The position numbers and the translations under genes are program-made. The notes under the pieces were generated by a model that saw nothing but the letters and a program-made list of their open reading frames with translations, had not been told where the DNA came from and searched no databases. This document shows, one piece after another, positions 18,522 through 29,020 of a stretch of 64,000 nt of DNA. Numbering within the stretch: position 1 is the stretch's first letter; the number at the start of each line of letters is the position of its first letter. The stretch lies in the NCBI GenBank assembly GCA_963761305.1, contig CAVXGK010000002.1, positions 2,592,001-2,656,000 of the forward strand. Direction: 5' to 3'. This DNA comes from an uncultured Gemmatimonadaceae bacterium (GTDB lineage Bacteria; Gemmatimonadota; Gemmatimonadetes; Gemmatimonadales; Gemmatimonadaceae).

Positions 18522-20975
18522 TCAGCCGGGGTCGATCCCGAACGGATCCCCCGGCGGCGCGACGAGCGAGCGCGTGAGCTTCGGCAACTCACCCTTCTCG
18601 ATCCACCGCGTACAGTCGTTCACGATCGACAACCAGTGTGCCCGCTCGTCGTCGTCCTTCGCGGCGGCGAGCCTCGCACGCGCGCGATTGCGCAGGTCGC
18701 CGACCTTGAGCGCGGCCATCGCGCGAACCTCCGGCGCGGCGTCCGAATCGGCGGCGAGATAGAGCAGCTTTTCCGTCACCACACGCTGCGTGACGCGTTG
18801 GAGCGCGGCGAGCTTCGGCGTCGGCGCGTTCCCGTTCCACGTCGCCGAGACGAGCGCGTCGATCGTCGTGCCGAGGGTAAGGTGCTGTCCCGGGCCGCGC
18901 GTCGCGAACTGGACGAGACGCGCCGCGCGGTCGCGCTGCAGAATCATGTCCACGACCATTTGCGCCAGCGTCTGCGCCGCGCCCAGCTCGTCGAAAACCG
19001 GTCGGGTGCGACTGCCGAACAACTCGACGAACGGGGTCACCTCATTCGCGTTGGGCGACATGAGCGACAGCACCGTGTCCGGAATGGCCAGCTCTTCCGG
19101 GTGGAGCGCGGCGAGCATGTCGCGGAGCGCGTTCGCCTGTTGCTGATAGGCAATCGGGCGCGTCGCTTGCTGCCCGTCGCCGCGCACCGCATTCGCGTAC
19201 TCCAGTCCACCGATCGTTTTCGACAGTGCGTTCAATGCGAAGCGGTGCATGAAGTACAGCGCCGCGAACCGCTCCTGCAGCAGCGTGATGGGCTCGCCGA
19301 CGCGGATGTTGCGCTCGCCGAACTTCGACACGGCCACGTGCCGCACCGACGTCTCGGCGTTCAGGAAGTCGAACGGCGACGCGGCGTCGTCCCAGAGGTT
19401 CACGCGCGGATCCGAGCCGTACTCGGGGCGGGCGTCGGCGTCGGACAGGAACAGGTAGCCGCGGCGGAGACCGTCGGTGACGATGGCGTGCAGCGAATCG
19501 CGCTCGTTCGCCGCGGGAAAGATTCCGTAGCCCCAGTGAATCGCCCAGATGTCGTACGCGCCGGGTCCCACGGCGTACGCCTGTGAGAGATCGATGTGGC
19601 CGCCGGCGTCGAGTCGCACGCGCGGCGGCGGATAGTCCATCACCGAGGCGCGCTCGTACGTCGACGCGATGTAGTTGTGCTCCAGGCCGAGCGTGTGGCC
19701 GACCTCGTGCGCGCTCACCTGCCGCACGCGCGCGAGAACGAACGCCGTGTCCGCCGGCGACGCGTCGGCGCCCATCAGTGCCGCGTACAGGTTGTAGTCG
19801 GTGCGCGCGCGGTGCGAATCGAGCCGCGCCATGCCTTTGATCATTTCGCCGGTGCGAGGATCGGTGAGCGCGCCGCCGACGGACCACCCGCGCTCGTTGC
19901 GATTCTCCCACTGCACGACGTTGTATCGCGAATCCATCGGATCCACGCCCTCGGGCAGCAGCTCCACCTTGAATCCACCGACGAGACCGGCCTTGTCGAA
20001 TGCCTGCTCCCACCACTTCACGCCTTCCAGCGTCGCCGATCGAATCGGCTCGGGGATGCCGCGATCCACGTAGTACCTGATCGGATCCTTGATCGGCGAG
20101 CGCGGATCGTTGGGGTCGACGCGCTGCAATCGGTGGCGCGACGCGAGCGTCACCGACAACGACTGCTGGATCGGTCGAGAATAGTCCTTGAACGTCACGC
20201 CGAAGAAGCCGACGCGCGGATCGCGCTCGCGGGTTCGGAATCCGGCGTCGGGAAGTTTCACGAAGCTCAGGTGCTGGCGGAGCGTGAACGCCGTCGCGTC
20301 GGGCACGATCGATCCAATGACCGGACCGGGCCGTCCCGTCACCGCGAACGTCAGCGACGCGTCGATCTCGGTGTTGTCGGGGAACGCCTTCGTGTCCGGC
20401 CGGTACACACTCGAGCGGTCGCGAGCCACGGCGTACGTACCCTGCTGAGTCTGGGCGAGGGTCCGCGCGACGTCGTTCCAGTCTCGCAGCGCCACGTCGG
20501 TGGCGTCCACCAGGAGCCTGCCGTTCTCCTCCGCCAAAAGCTGCATGGCGGCGACCGTGCTGGGCGGGAATGCCTCGGCAACCGATCTCGCGTGGTCGGG
20601 ATTGGTGGCAGACCCGCGGTACGCCCAGTTCTCGAGAACAAGAAGGACTCGGTCGCCGTCATGGTCGAACCGGGCGACGTGTGTCTCTCCGTTGGCGCCA
20701 CGGTCGATGCCGATCGGGTTCGAGCCGAGTCCCGTCGCTTGCGAGACGAGCAGGAGCGCACGCGTCGAGTCGCGGGGAATCTCGAGCAGGATGCGGCCTT
20801 GGCGCTGGTCAAGATAGATTGGAAGGAACCCGTCGAGACGTTCCATGCCGGCCGTGCGTGCGGCGATGCTCGTCCCGGGAGCGGTGGGAATCTGCGCCGT
20901 CACGGGCGTCTGCGGGTACGCGGCAGCGAACAGTGAACCGATCGCGGTGACGACAGTGGTGTACGAGAAAGTCAT
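18522..20975 (-). CDS. Secreted zinc-dependent metalloprotease (metzincin-like, DUF5117/DUF4953 type)
   Basis: HEVGHTLGLEHN, SVMDY, GAYDIWAIHWGY, DPRVGFF, DPRTGEMIK. Confidence 0.85.
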   Translation of the reverse strand: MTFSYTTVVTAIGSLFAAAYPQTPVTAQIPTAPGTSIAARTAGMERLDGFLPIYLDQRQGRILLEIPRDSTRALLLVSQATGLGSNPIGIDRGANGETHVARFDHDGDRVLLVLENWAYRGSATNPDHARSVAEAFPPSTVAAMQLLAEENGRLLVDATDVALRDWNDVARTLAQTQQGTYAVARDRSSVYRPDTKAFPDNTEIDASLTFAVTGRPGPVIGSIVPDATAFTLRQHLSFVKLPDAGFRTRERDPRVGFFGVTFKDYSRPIQQSLSVTLASRHRLQRVDPNDPRSPIKDPIRYYVDRGIPEPIRSATLEGVKWWEQAFDKAGLVGGFKVELLPEGVDPMDSRYNVVQWENRNERGWSVGGALTDPRTGEMIKGMARLDSHRARTDYNLYAALMGADASPADTAFVLARVRQVSAHEVGHTLGLEHNYIASTYERASVMDYPPPRVRLDAGGHIDLSQAYAVGPGAYDIWAIHWGYGIFPAANERDSLHAIVTDGLRRGYLFLSDADARPEYGSDPRVNLWDDAASPFDFLNAETSVRHVAVSKFGERNIRVGEPITLLQERFAALYFMHRFALNALSKTIGGLEYANAVRGDGQQATRPIAYQQQANALRDMLAALHPEELAIPDTVLSLMSPNANEVTPFVELFGSRTRPVFDELGAAQTLAQMVVDMILQRDRAARLVQFATRGPGQHLTLGTTIDALVSATWNGNAPTPKLAALQRVTQRVVTEKLLYLAADSDAAPEVRAMAALKVGDLRNRARARLAAAKDDDERAHWLSIVNDCTRWIEKGELPKLTRSLVAPPGDPFGIDPG

Positions 20976-20988
20976 GAAAGAAATGAGG

Positions 20989-21627
20989 ATGGAAAAAGTG
21001 GCCCGACGTCTCGTGCGCTGGGATAGAATACGGTGCGGAATCCTTCTCGTCACCGTGTCAGCGTGCATGCACAGCGCGCCGCACCTCTACGGTCAGTACA
21101 ACGACCTGGCGCCGAAGGTGGCACCGACGGTTGGCGAGCGGACGCCTCGACATCTGACCGTCCAACTCGCGAAACCCGCGAATGTCGCGGTGTTCCTCGT
21201 CGTGCCGGGCCGCGGCAGCACGCTCCTGTTCCCGGCGGATTCGCTCCAGAACCAGTACGTCGAAGCCGGGTCGCACCTCGTCGAAACGAGCGCCACCAGG
21301 ACGACGACCAGCGATAGCTCTCGCCTCGCGCGTCTGCCCAACACCACGCAGCCGCAACAGGGCCAGCGCGGACAAAACCGCAACGGGAACCGGACGACCG
21401 GCTTCTCGCGCGACTCGGCGATGGGGATCGGGTTCAATCAGCGCGGCTACCTGCTGATCTACGCGTCGCAGCAGCCGCTCAACTATTCGCTGCTGTCGAC
21501 GCGCGTGGTCGGGTTGTCGATCCCGATCGACGACGACGATGCGCTGAACACCGTGCAGAAGCTGATTCGGTCGGTGACGCAGACGACGGGGCCGTGGGCG
21601 GCATCAGCGTCGGAATATCCGCGGTGA
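20989..21627 (+). CDS. Hypothetical lipoprotein (start uncertain)
   Basis: Lipobox-like LLVTVSAC; good high-GC codon usage; followed by a terminator. Confidence 0.6.
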   Translation: MEKVARRLVRWDRIRCGILLVTVSACMHSAPHLYGQYNDLAPKVAPTVGERTPRHLTVQLAKPANVAVFLVVPGRGSTLLFPADSLQNQYVEAGSHLVETSATRTTTSDSSRLARLPNTTQPQQGQRGQNRNGNRTTGFSRDSAMGIGFNQRGYLLIYASQQPLNYSLLSTRVVGLSIPIDDDDALNTVQKLIRSVTQTTGPWAASASEYPR

Positions 21628-21672
21628 TCGATCAGTCGAACGTCGTGGCTGACGCCTGATGACGGGACAAGC

Positions 21673-21703
21673 TCGGCGCGGCGATGAACCGCGCCGATTT
21701 TTT
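21673..21703 (+). terminator. Intrinsic terminator
   Basis: tcggcgcgg / ccgcgccga 9-bp stem followed by T6. Confidence 0.75.
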
Positions 21704-21711
21704 CGCCTATC

Positions 21712-23508
21712 TCAGCCGGTCGTCCCCTTGAGGATTCCATTCCGAATCCTCACCGCCTTCGCGCCCGCCGACGGATCCGCATCGACCACGATGTCCCCCG
21801 GCCCGAAGCGCAGTTTCCCGGGCAGCGTGACCGTCTCCGACCCTCGCCGTACCTTGATCGGAAATGCCGAGCCCTCGACCGACGCACCGAACTTGGCCCG
21901 CAATCGAGCTCCGAACTGCTGGTCCTGAACCGCCACGTCGCCGACCGTGAGCAGATAGTCGCCGGCCCGCACGCCGGCTGCCGCGGCCGCGCCGCCGTCC
22001 AGGACCTGCACCACCACCACTCCGTTCGAATCGATCTGCGTCATCACGCCGAGTCGCGGCACCATCGCGGCGTGCGCGCGGATGCCCGCCAGTGAGAAGA
22101 TGCTGTCGATCGGAAACGGCGCCCGCCCGTCGATGTACCTGGCGCTGAACGCGGCGAACGATTTGCCGGCGGCCGCCGCGCTCACCGCATTCCACCAGTC
22201 TGCCGACGTGAACCCATGGCCGTGCTTGTAGGTCGACTGATAGAGTCCACGCATCACGTCGTCGAGTGAGTGCGCGTTGTCGCTCGCGTCGCGGATCATG
22301 ATGTCGAGCAACAGTCCGGCGAGCGATCCCTTCGGGTAGTAGATGTACTCGGTGCCGTCCACCGGATGCACCCAGGTGTTGAGCGACGCGTCCTCGACCG
22401 AGACGGGCGTGCTCGCCGCGACCTCATTCACCTTTTCGGCCGTGAGACTGTAGAACCCCTTTTCGTCCACAACGCCGCTCCGAACCTCGGCGAGGTCGGC
22501 GTAGTAGTCGGTGATGCCCTCGGAGACCCACAACCACGGCGTCGGCTGCGGGTGACCGTACTCGTATGGCCACATGTCGGCGGGCCGCAGCCGCTTCACG
22601 TTCCAGGAATGAAAGATTTCGTGCGCGTAGAGCGACGGCTGGAAATCGCCGCCGACGTATGCCGGGGAGAGCACGTCGACGTGGGAGCTCTGATGCTCGA
22701 GCCCGCTCGCGCCGCCGAACGTCGAATCGACGATCTGCATGACCGTGTAGCTCTGCCACGGCGTCTCCCCGAACACGGCCGACTCGGGTGGGATCACGTG
22801 CTTGAGTTGGTCCCACACCGCGACCCGCTGCGCCCCGGCGACGACACCGGCCGGATAGCTGGCGAATCGCACCCACCGATCCACGATTCGATTGCTGTCC
22901 AGATCGAACCGGCCGACGAAGAACGGCATGTCCACCAGGTCGTGGTAGTTGCCGGCCGCGAACGTGTCGCGCGCCGGTCCGGTGGCGGCGGTCATGGCAC
23001 TCGTGACCCGCCAGTCGCTCTCGGTGTGAACCGTCACCGTGGCCGCGAAGTCGAGCGGCTGTCCTTCGGGATAGAGAAAGAGGTTCGTGCCGTTGAAGAG
23101 CAGGAAATCCGGCTTCGTCCACGACATCGCGTTGTCGAGGGTGTCGGCGCGATAGCGAAACGTCACGCGGACTGACTTCGCGCCGGCGGGACGGATGCGC
23201 CATTTCTCGAAATCGAGCTTGTCCCAGATGAGTGGCTTGCCGTCGCCGGTCGCGTCGAACCCGATGACCCACCGGGAAAAATTGCTGATCTCGTACGCGC
23301 CGGGCGTCCACGCGGGAAGCGAGAGCACGACGGGCCCGGCGCCCGACGTCCCGAACGTCATCGCCACGTCGACCATGCGTTGCTCGGCATTGGAGCGCAG
23401 GAACGTGACGTCATAGTGGACGTCGTGGATGGGCGACGAGGTGCTGTCGTTGTGCGTGGCTTGCGCGGTCAGCACGCAAGGAACCAGGAGGGCCCAGAAC
23501 GGTTTCAT
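21712..23508 (-). CDS. M61 family glycyl aminopeptidase with C-terminal PDZ domain
   Basis: LPAWTPG.Y, GLEH..S, HEIFHSWNVKRLRP, WVSEG.TDYY, YPKG; PDZ AAAGVRAGD. Confidence 0.9.
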   Translation of the reverse strand: MKPFWALLVPCVLTAQATHNDSTSSPIHDVHYDVTFLRSNAEQRMVDVAMTFGTSGAGPVVLSLPAWTPGAYEISNFSRWVIGFDATGDGKPLIWDKLDFEKWRIRPAGAKSVRVTFRYRADTLDNAMSWTKPDFLLFNGTNLFLYPEGQPLDFAATVTVHTESDWRVTSAMTAATGPARDTFAAGNYHDLVDMPFFVGRFDLDSNRIVDRWVRFASYPAGVVAGAQRVAVWDQLKHVIPPESAVFGETPWQSYTVMQIVDSTFGGASGLEHQSSHVDVLSPAYVGGDFQPSLYAHEIFHSWNVKRLRPADMWPYEYGHPQPTPWLWVSEGITDYYADLAEVRSGVVDEKGFYSLTAEKVNEVAASTPVSVEDASLNTWVHPVDGTEYIYYPKGSLAGLLLDIMIRDASDNAHSLDDVMRGLYQSTYKHGHGFTSADWWNAVSAAAAGKSFAAFSARYIDGRAPFPIDSIFSLAGIRAHAAMVPRLGVMTQIDSNGVVVVQVLDGGAAAAAGVRAGDYLLTVGDVAVQDQQFGARLRAKFGASVEGSAFPIKVRRGSETVTLPGKLRFGPGDIVVDADPSAGAKAVRIRNGILKGTTG

Positions 23509-23850
23509 CGGGGTGAGGCGGTCATGTTGTGATTTAAAATTCGCCCATCCTCATCGGGCTGTCACGGCTAAGTTTTGGCGGCGCCGAACGTCGTACACTC
23601 TCCCGACATTTCCGCTACACCCCGAAGCTTGACGGCGGGTTGCGCAGCGACAGGCGCGGGGCTTGCCACGTCCCTTCGCCAGGCCCGGACTTCGAGGCTC
23701 GGCGCGCCGGTCCCCGCGGCAGGTCCGGTCTGTGGGCACGCATCGCGCCGGTGACGTACATTGGGTGGTCGACAGTTGCATTCCGTGGGACCCTCGGGGC
23801 TGCTCGCGTTGGACGCGCAGTGCAGCTCCGATGTGAAGCGGGAGAGACTC

Positions 23851-24693
23851 GTGGGCTTTCTGGGGGGCAGCTCGAGTCGAGGTAGAGGGCGGTTCGCCGT
23901 TCCTCATTGGTCGATCGGCGCCGCGCGTACGACGGCGATCGCCGCCCTTGGCGCGGCCATCGCCGCTTTCGTCGTTCCTGCGCGGGCCGTCGCCCAAAAG
24001 GGCACCGGCGCCATCTCCGGCATCGTCAAGGACAGCGCCGGCGTCGCCATTCCGAGCGTCGAGGTCGTCGTCATCAAGACCGGTGTTACCGTGCGCAGCG
24101 ACTCTCACGGCAAGTTCGTCATCGCCGGCGTGCCCGTCGGCTCGACGGACATCAGTTTCCGCCGCATCTCGTTCGCACCGGTCGTTCTCAGCTTTCCAAT
24201 CGCCGAGGACGATACGATCGAGGCCCAGGTGACGCTCGGCGGTTCCGTGCAAGCGCTGCCGGCGACCGTCGTAGACGCGCCCGTCGAACATCAGCGGCGG
24301 CTCGACGCGTTCGAGGCGCACAGGCGAGCGGGAGCCGGGCACTTCATCACCCGGTCGGACGTCGAGCAGCGCGCGCCACACAGGCTCACGGACCTGCTTC
24401 GCTCGATCCCGGGCACGTCCGTCGACGTCGACGCGAACGGACTCCCCACGCTGCATTTCGCCGGAGCGCCGCACAGCTCGAACTGCACGCCGGCCTACTA
24501 CATGGATGGCATGCGCGTCCGCGCGCTGAACATCGACGACATCTCGCCGGTCGACATCGAGGGGATCGAGCTATACTCCGGCTCGGCGGGTCTTCCACCC
24601 GAATACAATCAGTTCTTCCTCGGCAGCACTTCGGTGTGCGGAACGGTCGTCATCTGGACTCGACTTCCCGGCAACAAATCCGGCGCGAGCTGA
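23851..24693 (+). CDS. Carboxypeptidase-regulatory-like domain plus TonB-receptor plug-like domain, no beta-barrel (start uncertain)
   Basis: ISGIVKDSAG..IPSVEV, SDSHGKF; FITRSDV, LLRSIPG, YYMDG, DIEGIELY, CGTVVIWT, then stop. Confidence 0.7.
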   Translation: MGFLGGSSSRGRGRFAVPHWSIGAARTTAIAALGAAIAAFVVPARAVAQKGTGAISGIVKDSAGVAIPSVEVVVIKTGVTVRSDSHGKFVIAGVPVGSTDISFRRISFAPVVLSFPIAEDDTIEAQVTLGGSVQALPATVVDAPVEHQRRLDAFEAHRRAGAGHFITRSDVEQRAPHRLTDLLRSIPGTSVDVDANGLPTLHFAGAPHSSNCTPAYYMDGMRVRALNIDDISPVDIEGIELYSGSAGLPPEYNQFFLGSTSVCGTVVIWTRLPGNKSGAS

Positions 24694-24760
24694 TCGGCGG
24701 CCGTTCTCGCTCAGACTCCTCGCACGCTTCGGCCTGCTCTACTCCCTCCCCCAAAAAGAC

Positions 24761-26452
24761 ATGACCTCGTTGCGACTTCTCGCCGCCGGCGCGGCCGCGC
24801 TGGTCGCGATCGGCGCCACGAACGCGCCGGCTCAGCGACTGGCTCCTGCACCAGCTGACCTCATTCTCGTCAACACGAAGATCTACACCGTCGACGATTC
24901 GCATCCGTTCGCCGAGGCGATGGCAGTACGCGGCGGGCGGGTGGCGTTCGTCGGATCGACGCACGAGGCGCTGCTGTTGCGCGGACCGTCGACCCAGGTG
25001 CTCGACCTCGCGGGACGCACGGTGATCCCCGGCATGGTCGACGCGCACGCGCACCTGTTCGAGCTCGGCACCTTCCTGCGCGACATCGACCTCACCGACA
25101 CGCGTTCGTTCGAGGCGATCGTCGCGCGGGTCGGCGAGCGAGTGAAAGGCGTCCCGGCTGGGCGCTGGGTGATCGGGCGAGGGTGGGATCAGAACAAGTG
25201 GGGCGACACGCGATTCCCGACGCACGACGCACTCTCGCGTGTCACGCCGAACAATCCCGTCGTCCTCGGGCGTATCGACGGACATGCAATCCTCGCGAAC
25301 GCGGCGGCGATGAAGGCCGCCGGCGTCACGGCCGCGACGCGCGATCCCGCCGGCGGGCGCATCGAGCGAACCGCCGCCGGTGAACCGACGGGCGTGTTCG
25401 TAGACAACGCGATGTCACTCGTCGAGAAGGTCGTGCCGCCGCTTTCACACGACGAGATGCGATCGGCCTCGCTCGCCGCGATCTCCGAGTCGAACCGCTG
25501 GGGTCTCGTCGGCCTCCACGACCCGGGTGAGCCGCGCGAGGTGCTCGACGTGTTCGAGGAGCTCGCCAAGGAGAACAAGTTCAACCTGCGCGTCTACGCG
25601 ATGATCTCCGACGACAGCGCGGCGATCGAGCACTACTTCCAGATCGGCCCGCGGAGCTCGCTCTACGACAACCACCTTTGGATTCGGGCCATCAAGCTCT
25701 ACGCCGACGGAGCGCTCGGTTCGCGCGGCGCAGCCCTGCTGGATCCGTACGCCGACGATCCGAAGAACAACGGTCTGCTCAAGTCCACACCCGAGCACCT
25801 GCGCGACGTGTCGATCCGCGCGCTGCAGCATGGCTTCCAGGTGGCGACGCACGCCATCGGCGACCGCGGCAATCGCGTGGCGCTCGACGCGTACCAGGCC
25901 GCCCTCGAGAAAGTGCCGACCGTCGACCACCGATTTCGCATCGAGCACGTCCAGGTGCTCGACCACGCCGACATCCCGCGTTTCGCGCAGCTTGGCGTCA
26001 TCCCGTCCATGCAGTCGGTCCACCAGACGAGCGACATGTACTGGGCCGCGACCAGACTCGGACCTTCACGTGTGCTCGGCGCCTACGCGTGGCGGTCGCT
26101 GCTCGAGACCGGTGTGATCGTTCCGAACGGCAGCGACTTCCCGGTGGAGCGGGTGAATCCGCTCTACTCCTTTCACGCCGCCGTCTCCCGGCAGGACGAG
26201 CACGACTGGCCGCCGGGCGGCTGGTATCCCGAGCAGCGCATGACGCGCGACGAAGCGCTCAAGTCCATGACGATTTGGCCGGCCTTCGCGGCCTTTCAGG
26301 AACAACTCATGGGGTCGCTGACGCCGGGCAAGCTCGCCGACTTCGACGTCCTGGACCGCGATATTATGGTGGTGCCGGCGTCCGAAATACTCGGAACTCA
26401 GGTGCTCGCCACGTATATTGGAGGAAGGGCGGTTTACGAACGCGGTCGCTAG
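24761..26452 (+). CDS. Amidohydrolase 3 family (YtcJ-like), secreted
   Basis: PGMVDAHAH, RIDGH, KLYADGALGSRGA, HAIGD, RIEH, GSDFPVE, GKLADF. Confidence 0.9.
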   Translation: MTSLRLLAAGAAALVAIGATNAPAQRLAPAPADLILVNTKIYTVDDSHPFAEAMAVRGGRVAFVGSTHEALLLRGPSTQVLDLAGRTVIPGMVDAHAHLFELGTFLRDIDLTDTRSFEAIVARVGERVKGVPAGRWVIGRGWDQNKWGDTRFPTHDALSRVTPNNPVVLGRIDGHAILANAAAMKAAGVTAATRDPAGGRIERTAAGEPTGVFVDNAMSLVEKVVPPLSHDEMRSASLAAISESNRWGLVGLHDPGEPREVLDVFEELAKENKFNLRVYAMISDDSAAIEHYFQIGPRSSLYDNHLWIRAIKLYADGALGSRGAALLDPYADDPKNNGLLKSTPEHLRDVSIRALQHGFQVATHAIGDRGNRVALDAYQAALEKVPTVDHRFRIEHVQVLDHADIPRFAQLGVIPSMQSVHQTSDMYWAATRLGPSRVLGAYAWRSLLETGVIVPNGSDFPVERVNPLYSFHAAVSRQDEHDWPPGGWYPEQRMTRDEALKSMTIWPAFAAFQEQLMGSLTPGKLADFDVLDRDIMVVPASEILGTQVLATYIGGRAVYERGR

Positions 26453-26484
26453 GATTCACCGCCGATTTTCCAGGGCGCTGAGAC

Positions 26485-26940
26485 ATGGTTCGACCCATCG
26501 CCGAGCTCGGTCCATCGGCCGAGGCGGTCAGCGAACGGTTTTCATGGTTGACGCCGGACAGGCTCCCGCGCGTGCGCGCGGTGTTGTTCGGCTTGACGCT
26601 GTTTTTCGGTCTCGCGGTCTACGTGTTTCACACGATTGGCGCGGCGCACCTCGCACAGCCGACGCTGATCAGGAAGCTGCGTGGTCTCGGCGTGCTGACG
26701 TGGTTGTACGCGCTGTTTCAGATGATTGATTTGCGATTCTATAACAGTCGCTGGGCGCAGCGCCGTCGTGCGGCCTCGGGCATCCCCGACAGCTTGCACG
26801 GCTGGCTGCTCGGGCAGATGCTCGCCTGGTTCGGCATTCTCTATTACGGCCTCACGGAAGACGTCCGCTGGTACGTCGCCGGTCTGGTCATTCTCGGTCT
26901 CAGCTTTTTCGCGTTTCCGATTCGACGGCGCTCGATGTAG
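26485..26940 (+). CDS. Hypothetical membrane protein (about 4 TM)
   Basis: Fills the gap within the + strand gene run; four hydrophobic segments. Confidence 0.6.
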   Translation: MVRPIAELGPSAEAVSERFSWLTPDRLPRVRAVLFGLTLFFGLAVYVFHTIGAAHLAQPTLIRKLRGLGVLTWLYALFQMIDLRFYNSRWAQRRRAASGIPDSLHGWLLGQMLAWFGILYYGLTEDVRWYVAGLVILGLSFFAFPIRRRSM

Positions 26941-26978
26941 GGCGCTCGAGCCCTCCGACCAGCCTCCAGCCCCACAAA

Positions 26979-28049
26979 ATGCTCAGCACGTCCTCGCTCG
27001 CGTTTCTCAAGCGGCTGCTCGACACGCCCGCGCCCTCGGGCTTCGAAGGTCCCGCCGCGCGCGTGTGGCGCGAAGAGGCGAGCGCGTTCGCCGACAAGGT
27101 GACCTCCGACGTCACCGGCAACAGCATGGCCGAGGTGAATCCCGATGGCTCGCCGACGATTCTCCTCGATGGCCACATCGACGAAATCGGCGTCATCGTG
27201 CAGTACATCGACGACGACGGCTTCGTCTATCCGTCGTCGATCGGCGGTTGGGATCCGCAGGTCCTCGTCGGCCAGCGCATCCGATTCCTCGGGCGCGGCG
27301 GCGACGTCCTCGGCGTGATCGGACGAAAGCCGATTCACCTCATCAAGGTCGCGGACCGCGAGCATGCCGCGAAGTTGACCGATCTCTGGATCGACATCGG
27401 CGCGTCGAGCCGCGCCGAAGCCGAAGGACGCTTGAGCGTCGGCGACCCGGGCGTGATCGACTCGAAGGCGGTCGACTTCCCGAATAACCGAATCGTGTCG
27501 CGCTCGATCGACGACCGCATCGGCGCCTTCGTCGTGCTCGAGGCGCTGCGCCGCTACGCGCAGCGGCCGGGCGGCGCACGCGTGGTCGCCGCGGCGACCA
27601 CGCAGGAGGAGATCGCCTTTCACGGCGGCGGCGCGCTGGTCTGCACCAACGTCATCAAGCCGCAGCTCGCGATCGTCGTCGACGTCACGTTCGCCACCGA
27701 TCATCCCAACATCGAGAAAAAGGAGATCGGCGACCACCGCATCGGCGGCGGTCCTGTAATTTCGCGCGGCTCGATCGTCTCTCCCGTCCTCTTCGACCTG
27801 CTCCGCACGACGGCGGAGCGCCACCAGATCAAATACACGGTGCACGCGGCCGGACGCGAAACGTCAACCAACGCCGACGCGATCCACATCGCGCGCGAGG
27901 GTGTCGCGACCGCGCTCGTCTCGGTGCCGAATCGCTACATGCACTCGCCGAACGAGCTGGTGAGCCTCGAGGACGTCGACAAGACGGCGAGCCTCATCGC
28001 CGAAACATGCCGCGAAGTGAGCGGCAAGACCGACTTCACCGCTCGCTGA
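26979..28049 (+). CDS. M42 family metallopeptidase (FrvX/TET-like)
   Basis: PSGFE, GHIDEIG, IGGWD, DDRIG, QEEI, VDVT, RYMHSPNE. Confidence 0.92.
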   Translation: MLSTSSLAFLKRLLDTPAPSGFEGPAARVWREEASAFADKVTSDVTGNSMAEVNPDGSPTILLDGHIDEIGVIVQYIDDDGFVYPSSIGGWDPQVLVGQRIRFLGRGGDVLGVIGRKPIHLIKVADREHAAKLTDLWIDIGASSRAEAEGRLSVGDPGVIDSKAVDFPNNRIVSRSIDDRIGAFVVLEALRRYAQRPGGARVVAAATTQEEIAFHGGGALVCTNVIKPQLAIVVDVTFATDHPNIEKKEIGDHRIGGGPVISRGSIVSPVLFDLLRTTAERHQIKYTVHAAGRETSTNADAIHIAREGVATALVSVPNRYMHSPNELVSLEDVDKTASLIAETCREVSGKTDFTAR

Positions 28050-28077
28050 CGCGACCCAGGATCCGAGAGCAGTCGGC

Positions 28078-29001
28078 GTGCACGTCTGGTCGAGCGCGAA
28101 GTACACGTTTCCGCTGCCGAGCGGCCATCGGTTTCCGATCTCCAAATACGCGCTGCTCCGGCAGCGCGTGATCGACGACGGAATCGTCTCGGCCGAACAC
28201 GTGCACGATCCGCCGCCGGCGTCGCGCGACGACCTGCTGCTCGTGCACACGCCGGACTACGTCGACCGCTTCACCACCGGCGCGCTCACCCGCGACGAGG
28301 AGCGGCGGCTTGGCTTCCCGTGGTCGACGGCGCTCGTCGAACGATCGTATCGCGCCGCCGGCGGAACGCTCGCGGCCGCCGCCTGCGCTCTCGACGACGG
28401 TGTCGCGATGAATCTCGCCGGTGGCACGCACCACGCGTTTCCGTCGCACGGCGAAGGGTTCTGCGTCTTGAACGACGTCGCCGTCGCGGTCCGCGCGCTC
28501 CAGCGCGACGGGCGCATCGCACGCGCCGCGATCGTCGATCTCGACGTGCACCAGGGCAACGGCACCCACGCGATCTTCGCCGGCGACGATCGCGTGTTCA
28601 CGTTCAGCATGCACGGCCGGCGGAACTATCCGTTTCACAAAGTCGCCGGCTCGCTCGACGTCGAGCTCGAGGACCACACGGGCGACGACGAATACCTGTC
28701 GCTCCTCGCCGACGCTCTGCCCCGCGCGCTCGACCGCGCCGGTCCCGATCTCGTCGTCTATCTCGCCGGCGCCGACCCGTACGCCGGCGATCGACTCGGC
28801 CGGCTCTCGCTGTCGTTCGACGGACTGGCGCGCCGCGACACGTTCGTGCTCGAGCAGTGCCGCGAGGTCGGCCTGCCCGTCGTCGTCACGATCGCCGGCG
28901 GCTACGGCGAGCCGATCGACGACACAGTGACGATCCACGCGACGACCGCGCGCATCGCCGCGTCGTACGCCAACGCGCGGTCGCCCGCGCGCACGGCATA
29001 G
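28078..29001 (+). CDS. Histone deacetylase family protein
   Basis: HRFP..KY, GGTHHA, GFCVLND, DLDVHQGNGT, AGAD..GDRLG, GGY. Confidence 0.92.
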   Translation: MHVWSSAKYTFPLPSGHRFPISKYALLRQRVIDDGIVSAEHVHDPPPASRDDLLLVHTPDYVDRFTTGALTRDEERRLGFPWSTALVERSYRAAGGTLAAAACALDDGVAMNLAGGTHHAFPSHGEGFCVLNDVAVAVRALQRDGRIARAAIVDLDVHQGNGTHAIFAGDDRVFTFSMHGRRNYPFHKVAGSLDVELEDHTGDDEYLSLLADALPRALDRAGPDLVVYLAGADPYAGDRLGRLSLSFDGLARRDTFVLEQCREVGLPVVVTIAGGYGEPIDDTVTIHATTARIAASYANARSPARTA

Positions 29002-29020
29002 TCCACCGGCGACGCGACGC

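Noticed and set aside
2471..29001. SET methyltransferase plus HDAC as a chromatin-like system
   Set aside because: They are 25 kb apart in unrelated operons, both families are widespread in bacteria, and no histone-like gene is seen
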